Positions 29,534 to 38,680 of a stretch of 64,000 nt of DNA are shown here, piece by piece. The notes beneath the pieces were generated by a model. It made no database searches. It was not told the origin of the DNA and saw nothing but the letters and a program-made list of their open reading frames with translations. The stretch's first letter is position 1. Every line of letters starts with the position of its first letter. A program made the position numbers and the translations under genes. Origin of the DNA: a virus; IMG/VR virus record IMGVR_UViG_3300016476_001599, positions 1 to 64,000 of that record; one strand, given 5' to 3'.

Positions 29534-30220
29534 ATGTACAAGTTCTGTTTTTCGGTATTGGTTGCTCTAACTTCATGTGTGACCGCAGCGGCACAAACTC
29601 CGTTTCCTGTGCGATACGTTGACGTGGGGCAAACGGCGCGTGTGCCTGCCGGTGAGTACGTCTTGAGTCGCGAGACGGTGGTTCGAGGGGGAACCCTGAT
29701 CTTGGAAGCTGGCGTAAAAATCAAAGTACAATCGGTCGGTCGCCCCTTGCAAATGGCAGGCGGGGTCTTGGAGATTCAAGGCACAGAAAGCAATCCTGTA
29801 GTGATTGAACCCGACGCAGGCCACACCTGCGGTCAAATTCTGTGCTACTTTGGAAATGGCTCGCGCCCAAAGCTAAGCGTAAGCCATCTCGACTACAGCA
29901 CCACCAAGGCGTCGGCTGGCACATGCTTCGTGCTTAGTGCCACCGATTTTAGTTTCTTCGACAGTGCGATCTACAGTGCATCGGCAGGATCGCCGAGGCG
30001 AGGTTGCATTCAAGCCGGAAACGATTCGCAAGGCATCGTTTCAAATTGCATTTTGGAATGCCTCAAGGAGCCGAACGTAGTAACTTCTGGCTTGATTATC
30101 GGCAACGGCACAAGCCAAACCGATAAAGTGGTGGCAAATAACATAATCGCTATCAATTGCTCAAATCCCATTAACATCAACAATAGAAACGCAGTGGGAT
30201 TCAGCGTAACGATTGAGTAG
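29534..30220 (+). CDS. Secreted protein, probable right-handed beta-helix
   Basis: Signal peptide ending AAA-Q; GTLILEAGVKI and GVLEIQGTESNPVVI motifs; lies inside the tRNA-like array. Confidence 0.7.
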   Translation: MYKFCFSVLVALTSCVTAAAQTPFPVRYVDVGQTARVPAGEYVLSRETVVRGGTLILEAGVKIKVQSVGRPLQMAGGVLEIQGTESNPVVIEPDAGHTCGQILCYFGNGSRPKLSVSHLDYSTTKASAGTCFVLSATDFSFFDSAIYSASAGSPRRGCIQAGNDSQGIVSNCILECLKEPNVVTSGLIIGNGTSQTDKVVANNIIAINCSNPININNRNAVGFSVTIE

Positions 30221-30251
30221 CCTGAAACGGCGGCAACGGCCTAAGTTGCTA

Positions 30252-30375
30252 GGATCGGCGGCGTGGACAACGACACGCGGAAAGCTATGCAAAGCCGAAA
30301 CGCATAGACGCAACGGATTCGGAACAGATCGAATACCGCCAAGTATAGATAGCAGGTGTAATTCCTGCCCGATCC
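30252..30375 (+). ncRNA. tRNA-like element 2
   Basis: GGATCGG acceptor, GCGTG/CACGC D-like arm, variable interior, GCAGG-TGTAATT-CCTGC, CCGATCC, TTTT. Confidence 0.7.
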
Positions 30376-30443
30376 TTTTACGGCGAAGGCCGTGACGCGC
30401 GACACCTGCCTGTTGAGTGGTGTGGATGCCAGAGCACTGGCGA

Positions 30444-30552
30444 GGATCGGCGGCGTGGTTACACGCTCGACGGAGGAGGAGGGAACCGGCTGAGGCCGAC
30501 CGATACGCGAAAGCTGGTAGTGCGTTCCGCAGGTGAAAATCCTGCCCGATCC
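30444..30552 (+). ncRNA. tRNA-like element 3
   Basis: GGATCGG, GCGTG-GTTA-CACGC, variable interior, GCAGG-TGAAAAT-CCTGC, CCGATCC. Confidence 0.7.
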
Positions 30553-30671
30553 TTTGGGCCTTGTCAGCCTAGGTTGCTCTCCCCGAATTGGAGAGAAGAT
30601 CGCGGTCAAGCGTCAGTGACTAGACGCAAGATCAGGAATGCGATCAATGCTGAGAATGCCAATCTCAGCGA

Positions 30672-30769
30672 GGGTCGGCGGCGCGATCTACCGCACTGGG
30701 AACCAGGGCCGGAAGGTTACATTCTCAGGAACGTAGACAACCCAAGCAGGTGCGAATCCTGCCCGATCC
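30672..30769 (+). ncRNA. tRNA-like element 4
   Basis: GGGTCGG (G-U compatible)...GCAGG-TGCGAAT-CCTGC-CCGATCC. Confidence 0.7.
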
Positions 30770-30850
30770 TTTTCGGAGCGGTACGAAAGAAAGATAGTGA
30801 AAGGTGAGAAATGACGCCAGATAAGCAACCGCTTGTGAGGCTGGTAAACT

Positions 30851-30962
30851 GGATCGGCGGCGTGGATAGTGAACACGCGGAGCGATAGGCGGTGTCTGAG
30901 TGCGATTTGAAGCCTGCCGTGCTAACGCTTGCCCAATAGCAGGTGCGAATCCTGCCCGATCC
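30851..30962 (+). ncRNA. tRNA-like element 5
   Basis: GGATCGG, GCGTG-GATAGTGAA-CACGC, variable interior, GCAGG-TGCGAAT-CCTGC-CCGATCC. Confidence 0.7.
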
Positions 30963-31113
30963 TTTCACGCAACATTAGAAGCGGGGACTAGCCGCGAGTT
31001 GCGGAAAGCTAGTCGAGGTGCGAGTCGTCCCTCTACAACCAAACGATAATTGCCTAACCCACAGGGACCAAAACCTGAAGGCGCAAGAAAGGGTACAGCC
31101 GGAGAGACGGCGA

Positions 31114-31196
31114 GGATCGGCGGCGCGGGACCACTGAAAAGTAATCCGCGATGGTGCTCGAAGAGAGGTCTAACATGTTCGAATCATGGCCGGTCC
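31114..31196 (+). ncRNA. tRNA-like element 6
   Basis: GGATCGG...CATG-TTCGAAT-CATG-G-CCGGTCC; canonical T-loop on a different stem sequence. Confidence 0.6.
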
Positions 31197-31260
31197 GCTT
31201 AGTTATTAAGGCGTGCTTAATAACTGGATGTTTATTGGTTTGTTTTGAAGGACTTTGGTT

Positions 31261-31410
31261 ATGCGTTTTGTTTGTTTTTTGGTGTTAGCCTTAGCAAGTC
31301 CTTTGGCTTCGGCGCAGACACCGCTACCGGTTCGATTTGTTGCGGGCGGTCAACCCGCGACGGTTCCCGCTGGCAACTACCTGCAGACGCAAGAAGTCAG
31401 CGTCCGCTAG
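31261..31410 (+). pseudogene. Truncated paralog of the 29534-30220 secreted protein
   Basis: Translates MRFVCFLVLALASPLASAQTPLPVRFVAGGQPATVPAGNYLQTQEVSVR*, versus AQTPFPVRYVDVGQTARVPAGEYVLSRETVVR. Confidence 0.8.
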
Positions 31411-31536
31411 TCGTGAATAGGCGGTAATAATTGTCGCAGGAGCGACTTGTTTATCTAAAACATAAACAAGTTTCTCCTGCAGCTTCTTTTCTTTTCCAAC
31501 GTCGCAATTCCCACGACTTTTTTTTAGCTATTGGCC

Positions 31537-31938
31537 ATGGATTATAACAAAATCAAACGTTTAGACCGCGCAACGGGCTCGTGCCACGACCACGTGGTTT
31601 GGTTTATGCTGTGGCTCGAACACTTGAATATGTTCTCCGAGTCGCAAGTTTACGATATAATTAAATTCGTAGGTACGGGCACTTTGGTCGCAATCGAAGC
31701 ACCTTGGCTTCCGTCGCACGCGACTTGCGTTTTCAACGTCGTCGTTTGCGACAGTCGCTGGGTCACTTTCTCCGGCAACGTTTCCTTCTGGGATACGGAG
31801 ACCGCCGAAGAAATTAAAACTCTGCCGCAGCCTGCAATCACGCATGTTACTTGTGACTTTACCGCCTTACTGCAGCGAAGAAAAAATGGATCAAAGAGCA
31901 ACATCGACGTTACTTCAGACGCTCATCAAGCAAGCTAA
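31537..31938 (+). CDS. Hypothetical protein
   Basis: ORF track; ATG at 31537. Confidence 0.5.
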   Translation: MDYNKIKRLDRATGSCHDHVVWFMLWLEHLNMFSESQVYDIIKFVGTGTLVAIEAPWLPSHATCVFNVVVCDSRWVTFSGNVSFWDTETAEEIKTLPQPAITHVTCDFTALLQRRKNGSKSNIDVTSDAHQAS

Positions 31939-32656
31939 TAGTTCGACAAGCCAGCCGCAAGTCGCCAAGCTGGCTCAGCGAACTTTGCTTGCGGCAGAGG
32001 AAGCCTACGCCACGCCTTTGATCCTGCTTGTGCTAGATAAATACGACACGGACGCCCTTTCCTGGTCCCCTGCAACCATAAGAATGGAGTTAGAGCAGGA
32101 CTTTCAGTTGAAGTTGCCGAAGATCACGCTAGATAAAATCATGGCGGCGGTGACAATTTTGACTACGAATTACTTCTACAAAGACGTAACGCGATTTGTC
32201 GAAATCTGCAATATACTGTCCGGTGACGATTTTCAACCGAACGAGTTTGAACCGGCTGACGCCGGTGAGATGTTGGTCGGAATTACGGAAGCTCTGCTGC
32301 TGTATCCCCCCAACGACGATCCCGAAGACACCGAGTTTTCGGCTGAGATTCAGGAGTACATCAAACAAGTACTCCGCGAAGAGGGTATTTTGAAACCCTT
32401 TGACGTCCTGAGGTTTGCGATGAGTGACGACAGCGCAAGCAAAGTAGACGCAGACTACGCTGACGACCCGGAAATGTATTCGGCTATCTACAAAATGCAA
32501 CAGGGCAAGACAGGAGATCTGCGTACGATTTACCTGGAAAATATGCGGGGCTTGATGGATCAACTGCGTATGTTACCATTGAGCAACGGTTCAACAGAAG
32601 TTGTAGTACGTCAGCTGCAACAAATAGTATCCTTATCGGGAGCAGAAGAAGAATGA
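31886..32656 (+). CDS. Acidic helical hypothetical protein
   Basis: 256-aa ORF from ATG 31886. Confidence 0.65.
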   Translation: MDQRATSTLLQTLIKQANSSTSQPQVAKLAQRTLLAAEEAYATPLILLVLDKYDTDALSWSPATIRMELEQDFQLKLPKITLDKIMAAVTILTTNYFYKDVTRFVEICNILSGDDFQPNEFEPADAGEMLVGITEALLLYPPNDDPEDTEFSAEIQEYIKQVLREEGILKPFDVLRFAMSDDSASKVDADYADDPEMYSAIYKMQQGKTGDLRTIYLENMRGLMDQLRMLPLSNGSTEVVVRQLQQIVSLSGAEEE

Positions 32657-32940
32657 AGATGCACACTCTTTTAAAGTTTGCGGTTTTAGTCGTTATCGGT
32701 ACCGGTTTCGCGAAAGCTCAAGACTGCAACAACGGTACCTGCCGTCAACCTGTTCGAAACACGGTTACCGCTGTGGCAACGCCAGCATTCGAAGTGGTTG
32801 AGACCGCCGCGCACGCTGTCGAACACGTTGCACAAACCACAGTGCAAGTCGCAACATGTGCTACGCAAAAGACGATTGCGGTCGCAACCCGCCCAGCGAG
32901 ACGAGTATTGACGACACGGCGAGCTCGTTGCTGCCGTTAG
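32653..32940 (+). CDS. Small Cys-containing signal-peptide protein
   Basis: AKA-QDCNNGTCRQPVRN, a style common in planctomycete secreted peptides. Confidence 0.6.
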   Translation: MKMHTLLKFAVLVVIGTGFAKAQDCNNGTCRQPVRNTVTAVATPAFEVVETAAHAVEHVAQTTVQVATCATQKTIAVATRPARRVLTTRRARCCR

Positions 32941-32961
32941 TCTAACATCCTTCAACGCGTG

Positions 32962-32997
32962 ACCACCCGGCTGGATTTCTAGCCGGGTGGTTTTTTT
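32962..32997 (+). terminator. Intrinsic terminator
   Basis: accacccggct...agccgggtggt stem followed by T-run. Confidence 0.85.
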
Positions 32998-33008
32998 ATG
33001 GAGTCAAT

Positions 33009-33707
33009 ATGAGCCATTTAGTGAACGGTTTTTGTGTTAAAGATATCACGGCATTGAGCCAAGTGGTCAAAGAGCAGTGTCCGAGCCTTGAGATGGTTCA
33101 AGGTACAACTTATCGCACGTGGATAACCGACAACGGCAGACTGGTCGGGGATCATCCGCTGCCTGGATTCTACCAGCTCATCCTGGCAAAGGATCTCGAG
33201 AAAAGTGGAGTCGACCTTGCAGCCATTGCAAGCAAGATGGGCGTAAAGCTGCCGGCCAATCTTTCTGAACTGGAAAACAAACCTTGGAATCTATCCGCAC
33301 AGCAAAAGCTTCTGCGGGACGATGCAGTGTTGAAAGCGTACAACGACATTGTCCAAAATCGAATGAGTAAGGATTGTCAGTACGTTATCCGCTACAAGCC
33401 TAACGAAGGAAAGAAGAACGCTTACGAGATCGGCGTTGTTCCTCATCCGTTTCGCAAGGGCGAATTCGTCCTGATGACGGACTTTTTCCAGCAAGGCAAA
33501 GGACTGCTGGAGGCCGAGGGTCTTGGTAGGTATGAATCGATAGCGGGCGTGGATAACTGGGCAAACCAGCTCAAGCAAGGTTACGCCGCGAGAGCCACCG
33601 AGAGAGTCATACAACAACAAATGGCCATGGGCAATCCTGCCTATGGTCAAGTCACGCGTGTCGCGATGCCTGACGGCAGGTTAGTTTATCAAGTGAAAGG
33701 CCGCTAA
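33009..33707 (+). CDS. DUF1257-like protein with an internal expansion
   Basis: MSH..KD..AL start, YEIGV, LKQGYA, PDG end; next to DUF2997-like gene. Confidence 0.55.
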   Translation: MSHLVNGFCVKDITALSQVVKEQCPSLEMVQGTTYRTWITDNGRLVGDHPLPGFYQLILAKDLEKSGVDLAAIASKMGVKLPANLSELENKPWNLSAQQKLLRDDAVLKAYNDIVQNRMSKDCQYVIRYKPNEGKKNAYEIGVVPHPFRKGEFVLMTDFFQQGKGLLEAEGLGRYESIAGVDNWANQLKQGYAARATERVIQQQMAMGNPAYGQVTRVAMPDGRLVYQVKGR

Positions 33708-33709
33708 GC

Positions 33710-33907
33710 ATGGAAAAGACGATTACAATCACCATCCAACCGGACGGTCAAACAAGCATCGAGGCGAGCGGGTTTACCGGAGGAAGTTGCGTGAAGGCCA
33801 CGCAGCCGCTCAAGGAAACGCTTATCGGCGAAGCTCCGGCGACTCAAGTTTTGAAACCTGAGTATCACATACCTCAACCTCATATCGCCGAAAGAATGAG
33901 ACAGTGA
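33710..33907 (+). CDS. DUF2997-like protein
   Basis: ITITIQPDGQTSIEASGFTGGSCVKAT...KPEY. Confidence 0.75.
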   Translation: MEKTITITIQPDGQTSIEASGFTGGSCVKATQPLKETLIGEAPATQVLKPEYHIPQPHIAERMRQ

Positions 33908-34326
33908 TGTCGGACTGGTTTAAAAAGCTGCAAGAACGCATGAAAAAAGATAACAAAGACGGGGCAGTCGATAAACAACAGTTTGTCGACTGCCCCATTC
34001 GTCAAAAAATGCTCAACGGATTGCCAGCAATACGAAAAAGGCTTATGGAGGACAAACGATTTCGGTTGGTGGCCGAGGTCAATCACGTAGATAACTTCGT
34101 GCTAGTCGCTCGCCACAGGTTAATCGAAGATTTAATGTCGCTGATAATCGACGACCTATGCGAATCGTCTTCGAAAAATGACAAGGATTGGTGGCACTCG
34201 GGTTTTTCGAACAGCGAGGTAACCTCGTCCAGGACGCCTGATCACCGCGAAATCTACGCAATAGCCGGAGATACTGCGACCTCTGTTTACTACGAATTAA
34301 ATGGAAGGCGACAAAGTGGAAGCTGA
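33904..34326 (+). CDS. Hypothetical protein
   Basis: Coupled ORF. Confidence 0.5.
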   Translation: MMSDWFKKLQERMKKDNKDGAVDKQQFVDCPIRQKMLNGLPAIRKRLMEDKRFRLVAEVNHVDNFVLVARHRLIEDLMSLIIDDLCESSSKNDKDWWHSGFSNSEVTSSRTPDHREIYAIAGDTATSVYYELNGRRQSGS

Positions 34327-34636
34327 AAAAGTAGAAAGCTGTAAGCCGCAGCGTCCATCGTGCGAAAGCTGCGTATTTGCTGCGCAGTTCAAACATCCCG
34401 GGGAGCAGCCTGCGTCGCCCCCTACGATCGTTACCCGCAGGTTCCTTTGGTTCAAGTGGCAATCCCGCGTTGACTGGGACATTGCGCTGATCGCCGACGT
34501 GCGGCTTGAACGCTGGAAAGCGGAGCTGGAAAAGCACAACAATCGTGTGCTTTGCTGCCGCTATCCTGCACAGATTGAAAAACGTAAAAACTCTCTTTGT
34601 GGTGAATACATACGGGAAGAAGAAAAACATGCTTAA
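34301..34636 (+). CDS. Cys-motif hypothetical protein
   Basis: CESCVF...CCRYP...CGEY. Confidence 0.55.
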   Translation: MEGDKVEAEKVESCKPQRPSCESCVFAAQFKHPGEQPASPPTIVTRRFLWFKWQSRVDWDIALIADVRLERWKAELEKHNNRVLCCRYPAQIEKRKNSLCGEYIREEEKHA

Positions 34637-36428
34637 AACGATTTTGAAGTATTTGGCGTCCGGTCAGGCAGGAATTTGCGTAACCTCGGTTGAACCGGAG
34701 GACGTGCACAACGAACTACTGGGCTACGCCCTTGAACACGCTCAGGTCGCTGGACCCGAAGGCATTATTCTGCTTAGCTGGGATGCTGTCGACGGTTTGA
34801 CGGACATTCAAGGTCGCGAAGTAAAAATCGAAGAGGGTCTTACGCTTGGAAAGACATCGCTATACAGTTCGCTCGACTACGCGATCAAAAATGCTCGCAG
34901 TCGTATTTCGCTTGAACAAGAAGGTATTGCCGCGGAAAACATGGCGGACGACATGGTGAAAAAGCTTGTCCTCGTTGTGCGCAATTACGACAGACACTTG
35001 TTCCCCAGCGGCGCGGCCAGTGGTCAAGTCGACCCGCTTATTTTGGCTCAAACGCAAAAGCTGATCGCCGAAGGGCAAAACGCTCGAGTTTTCTTGATTG
35101 CTCAAACGACGCCCGGGTTCGAGCTACCCTACGAGTTGGTAGAACATTTCGAGGTTTTGCAGCACAACTTGCCTGACGAAGACGAAAGGGAAGACTTGTT
35201 GCACGCACTTGACGCCGAGTCCAAGGTGGAAGCGACGACGATTGAAGCCATTGCAGGTTTGTCTCGAGCCAAGATCCAACAGTACGGCGCTGAGTCGCTT
35301 GCCGAAAAGGGCGTCTTTGATCCGCCTTTCCTTTTTCACAAAAAGGCGATGCACTTGAGTCGCAGCTCGAAGCTGGACGTGTGGTCTCCGTCGTTTCAAC
35401 AGGCCATCAAGCTGTGGCCGGAGGAAACCGTTGAGGAACTTCGCGATGCCGTGGACGTCACGCTACTAGCCGAAGAGTATCCGTCGCAACAAGAAATACG
35501 CGCACGTATCAGCTTTACGCAAGGAGGCAAGAAGTCTGAGCATTGGCTGGACCCGATGCTCGTGACGGACTTCAACAAGCTTTACCGTCCCGAGAGGAAC
35601 TTCTACACCTTTGACTCGATTATCGGGCTGACGGGTTTGAAGTCGTACCTTAAAAACGGCTTTAGCCCGGAGGTTCCCGATCGCTCCAAACTGCGACACG
35701 TTCTCATGCTCGGTGTTCCAGGTACCGGCAAATCGATGACCATGAAGTGCTGTTCCGGCGAATTTCATTTACCTTTGTCCTCGATGCAAGCTAGCAACTT
35801 GTATTCGAAGTGGGTTGGCGACACCGACAAAATCCTGGCGAACATGCTTCGAACGGTGGAAGAGATCGGCGGTATATTGGCTATCGACGAATTTCAAAGA
35901 TTTCTTCCGCAAGGTGGAAGTTCTGGCGAAGCCGGAGGATTGGAAAACCGCATGTTGGGAACGCTGCTGACCTGGTTTAACGACCAGAACAGTACGGTTA
36001 TCCTTTCGGCGGCAAACAACATCGCGCATCTTCCCGACGAGATCACGCGGTCCGGTCGCGTCGATGCCCTGTTTTTCGTCGGCTTCCCCGGAAGCGAGGC
36101 GAAGAACCACGCGTGGGAAATGTACATGGCAAGGCACGATCTTCAACCACAAGAACTTCCGAAGGATCAATTCTGGACACCGGCAGACATCGCAGCGTGC
36201 TGTCGGCTAGCTGAAATGCAACGCGTACCTGTTGCAACCGCCGCTAAGTGGGTAACACCCTCTTACGAGAAGAACAAAGAACAAATGGATAACTTGTTGG
36301 GATGGGCCGAGGCCGCCGGCTGCATCTGTGCTGAGACGGGCGAACGCTTCCAGAAAAAGGCAGCGATGGACGCAGTAAATTGCGTGAAGCAACGCGTCGT
36401 ACGAAAAGTAACACGAGCAAAGGAATAA
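34629..36428 (+). CDS. Ycf46-like AAA+ ATPase
   Basis: Walker A GVPGTGKS, YSKWVGDT pore loop, Walker B LAIDE, LPDEITRSGRVD Arg finger. Confidence 0.85.
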   Translation: MLKTILKYLASGQAGICVTSVEPEDVHNELLGYALEHAQVAGPEGIILLSWDAVDGLTDIQGREVKIEEGLTLGKTSLYSSLDYAIKNARSRISLEQEGIAAENMADDMVKKLVLVVRNYDRHLFPSGAASGQVDPLILAQTQKLIAEGQNARVFLIAQTTPGFELPYELVEHFEVLQHNLPDEDEREDLLHALDAESKVEATTIEAIAGLSRAKIQQYGAESLAEKGVFDPPFLFHKKAMHLSRSSKLDVWSPSFQQAIKLWPEETVEELRDAVDVTLLAEEYPSQQEIRARISFTQGGKKSEHWLDPMLVTDFNKLYRPERNFYTFDSIIGLTGLKSYLKNGFSPEVPDRSKLRHVLMLGVPGTGKSMTMKCCSGEFHLPLSSMQASNLYSKWVGDTDKILANMLRTVEEIGGILAIDEFQRFLPQGGSSGEAGGLENRMLGTLLTWFNDQNSTVILSAANNIAHLPDEITRSGRVDALFFVGFPGSEAKNHAWEMYMARHDLQPQELPKDQFWTPADIAACCRLAEMQRVPVATAAKWVTPSYEKNKEQMDNLLGWAEAAGCICAETGERFQKKAAMDAVNCVKQRVVRKVTRAKE

Positions 36429-36432
36429 TCCA

Positions 36433-37659
36433 GTGGAAAACCAAGTCACATATCTTACCATCAAATACACGGTCGGCTGGCTACCTTCGTCACTCGGTCT
36501 TACCGAGCAGGCAAAGGCCGTACTGGCCCGCGAACAGAACGTCGACTCCAAGGTGTTGCGAGGATCTTATGCGATCCTCGGTGCTTCTAACGACGAGCTC
36601 ATCAAGGAAGGAGCAAGTTTACGCCGACTTCTCAACATCATCCGGGACGAATACACCATTCCGGAGTACACCTTGGTCGGAACTGCCGCAGACACGGAAA
36701 ATCTGAAACCAGAAAAGGTTCCGGGCTCTTACCTGATCGAGGCGGCGAGGTTGGACGATTTTCTTTCACGATTCAACGCCATGCGGGACCAGTACCTTGC
36801 GTGGGGTAAGCGTGTTGCTTCGCCAGAGAATTACGAAAAGATTCGGGAAAGCGACCGCATAAAACTCGGTAAGGACTGGGCGGTTGTCGAACGCAAATAC
36901 CCGACTGCCGAGGAAATCGCGGACGCGATCACTTGCGACGTGCCGCGAATTGAGCAGTACAATGCGACAATAACCGTGGACAGTCTGGCACCTGCGACAA
37001 GCGAAAAGCTCCGCGTACAGGCCGAACAAAGGTTGCAAGCTTCGGTCAACGGTGCGGTCGGCGAGCTCGTCTTTGAGCTTAAAGAAATGGTTGCAACCGT
37101 TGCTCGCAACTGCGGGAAACGCATTCGACTGTCGCCCCCGATCGACGGCCAGTACGCTAGTTTGCGTGACGCCGAGGTTCGCGAGATCCTACGGAACAGC
37201 GATAACTCGGAGATACCGCCAGGATACGTGCAAGTTATTGTGCAGCAATGCGTGCAGAACGGCAAAGGCGGTTTCAAGCAGACAGGCAAAGAACAAAGTG
37301 TTTTGCTTACCGAGCAAGAATACTTGGCTTTGAAGCCTTACGAGACCGACGAGCACCGGACCCTGACGCAAAGCGGTTTCAGCAATTTGCAATGGCTTGC
37401 GGATAAAATCTCCTCCGTCAAGAACATGCTGGGCGAGGAAGGCAAACCTGTTATCGATCTCGCCAAAGAAATCCAAGACACACTCTCCGGCATGGGCAGC
37501 TCCGCAGACAGCGTCACCCGAAACATTCGGGACAACAGCTATGCTCGAGCTACGGCGAAACAAACCTTCACCTCGCTTCTTAATCGAATTACCGAAAAGG
37601 AAATCGAGATAAGAAAAGTGCAAAAGGTCGGACGAAAGATTGATCGAGCATGCGCATAA
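36433..37659 (+). CDS. DUF3150-like protein
   Basis: Helical protein following the AAA gene; KYPTAEEI motif; cluster context. Confidence 0.45.
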   Translation: MENQVTYLTIKYTVGWLPSSLGLTEQAKAVLAREQNVDSKVLRGSYAILGASNDELIKEGASLRRLLNIIRDEYTIPEYTLVGTAADTENLKPEKVPGSYLIEAARLDDFLSRFNAMRDQYLAWGKRVASPENYEKIRESDRIKLGKDWAVVERKYPTAEEIADAITCDVPRIEQYNATITVDSLAPATSEKLRVQAEQRLQASVNGAVGELVFELKEMVATVARNCGKRIRLSPPIDGQYASLRDAEVREILRNSDNSEIPPGYVQVIVQQCVQNGKGGFKQTGKEQSVLLTEQEYLALKPYETDEHRTLTQSGFSNLQWLADKISSVKNMLGEEGKPVIDLAKEIQDTLSGMGSSADSVTRNIRDNSYARATAKQTFTSLLNRITEKEIEIRKVQKVGRKIDRACA

Positions 37660-38048
37660 TCATCCATCCTGACGGGAAAATCGAGAGCTTGGAAAACGAG
37701 ATAACGCAGGCTCTCGGTTTGACGGATCGAAAGCGAGTCAGCCACGTCGAACCTGCAAACCGGTTTCTTCGCTTTGCATTCCGGATGCTACGAAACCGCG
37801 TCCGCGACGATTCAAAAATAGCTTGTTGGACTAGAACTTGGCGCTGCCGCTGGCAAGCCAACATTTTTGACGGCCCCACGCTAGGACCGTACGCTCGGCG
37901 GCAAGATGCTATTGCCGCTGAGATTGAATTCATCGAAGAACGATTACTTGGAGAAACACATGGGTTTAACGCCGTCGGATGCGACCATAACGCTAGCGGA
38001 TCTGGTTGCTACGATCAAACTGCTGGAAAAGTTGAAGGAAGATTTTGA
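37650..38048 (+). CDS. Hypothetical protein of the DUF1257/AAA cluster
   Basis: IIIHPDG..RVSHVEP..GPTLGPY.RR.DAIAAEI. Confidence 0.6.
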   Translation: MRIIIHPDGKIESLENEITQALGLTDRKRVSHVEPANRFLRFAFRMLRNRVRDDSKIACWTRTWRCRWQANIFDGPTLGPYARRQDAIAAEIEFIEERLLGETHGFNAVGCDHNASGSGCYDQTAGKVEGRF

Positions 38049-38475
38049 AAAGAGGGAATTGAAGTTGCCGCCGCAAGCCGTAAGCGGCAAGATCGTCCTT
38101 GGTGTCGACTACCATCTAGTCAAGGCCGAGCCCGGTTCCGCGTGCCCGCCATTTAAGCTTGACCAACACCTCGCCCCGACGATTTTGCTTTACGCGCAGT
38201 CGCTGGACAGCGGTAGCAAACCTCGCGAGAGTCTTGAGTGGCTAAGTAACCTCTTCGGTGACAGCGGTGTTATGGGTACACTGATAAAGGCAAGCAATCC
38301 AGTACCTGTCAACCCGCTGATCGAAGCACACTTTAAGGCGGAGGTTGAGAAGTGCAAGGTAAGCTTCCAGACAAAAAGCGGTAAGCAGCCGAAAGAAGGC
38401 AACACCACAGTGAGCGGAACCGTGCGGTATTTGGAAATGGCGGATCCGGCTAACGCTGGCACCAGAAAGAGGTAA
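37960..38475 (+). CDS. Hypothetical protein
   Basis: RBS ggag before ATG 37960. Confidence 0.55.
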   Translation: MGLTPSDATITLADLVATIKLLEKLKEDFEKRELKLPPQAVSGKIVLGVDYHLVKAEPGSACPPFKLDQHLAPTILLYAQSLDSGSKPRESLEWLSNLFGDSGVMGTLIKASNPVPVNPLIEAHFKAEVEKCKVSFQTKSGKQPKEGNTTVSGTVRYLEMADPANAGTRKR

Positions 38476-38680
38476 TTGAAAATGGAAGGTAGCGAATTGT
38501 GCTCCGGTATTAGTTGCGGTTTTAGAGAACATTGCAAACGGTACCAGCCGAAAGCAAAAGGTCAAAAGGGATTAAAACCGCCAGGGTCGCTACCTGTGTC
38601 TTGTTCAAACTTTGTGCCAAGGACAAGTTACGGTAGCTGCTCACCTGGTACTGGTGAGCAGCTCTTTTGTGAAAAGAAAA

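Noticed and set aside
30252-30962. att-site duplications of a tRNA 3' end
   Set aside because: Both 5' and 3' scaffold halves are repeated in register, and no integrase is present in the window.
29425-31196. CRISPR or TIGR-type array interpretation of the repeats
   Set aside because: Repeats are bipartite and pair with each other around 40-90 nt inserts, spacing is irregular, and no cas or Nop-domain gene is recognisable in the window.
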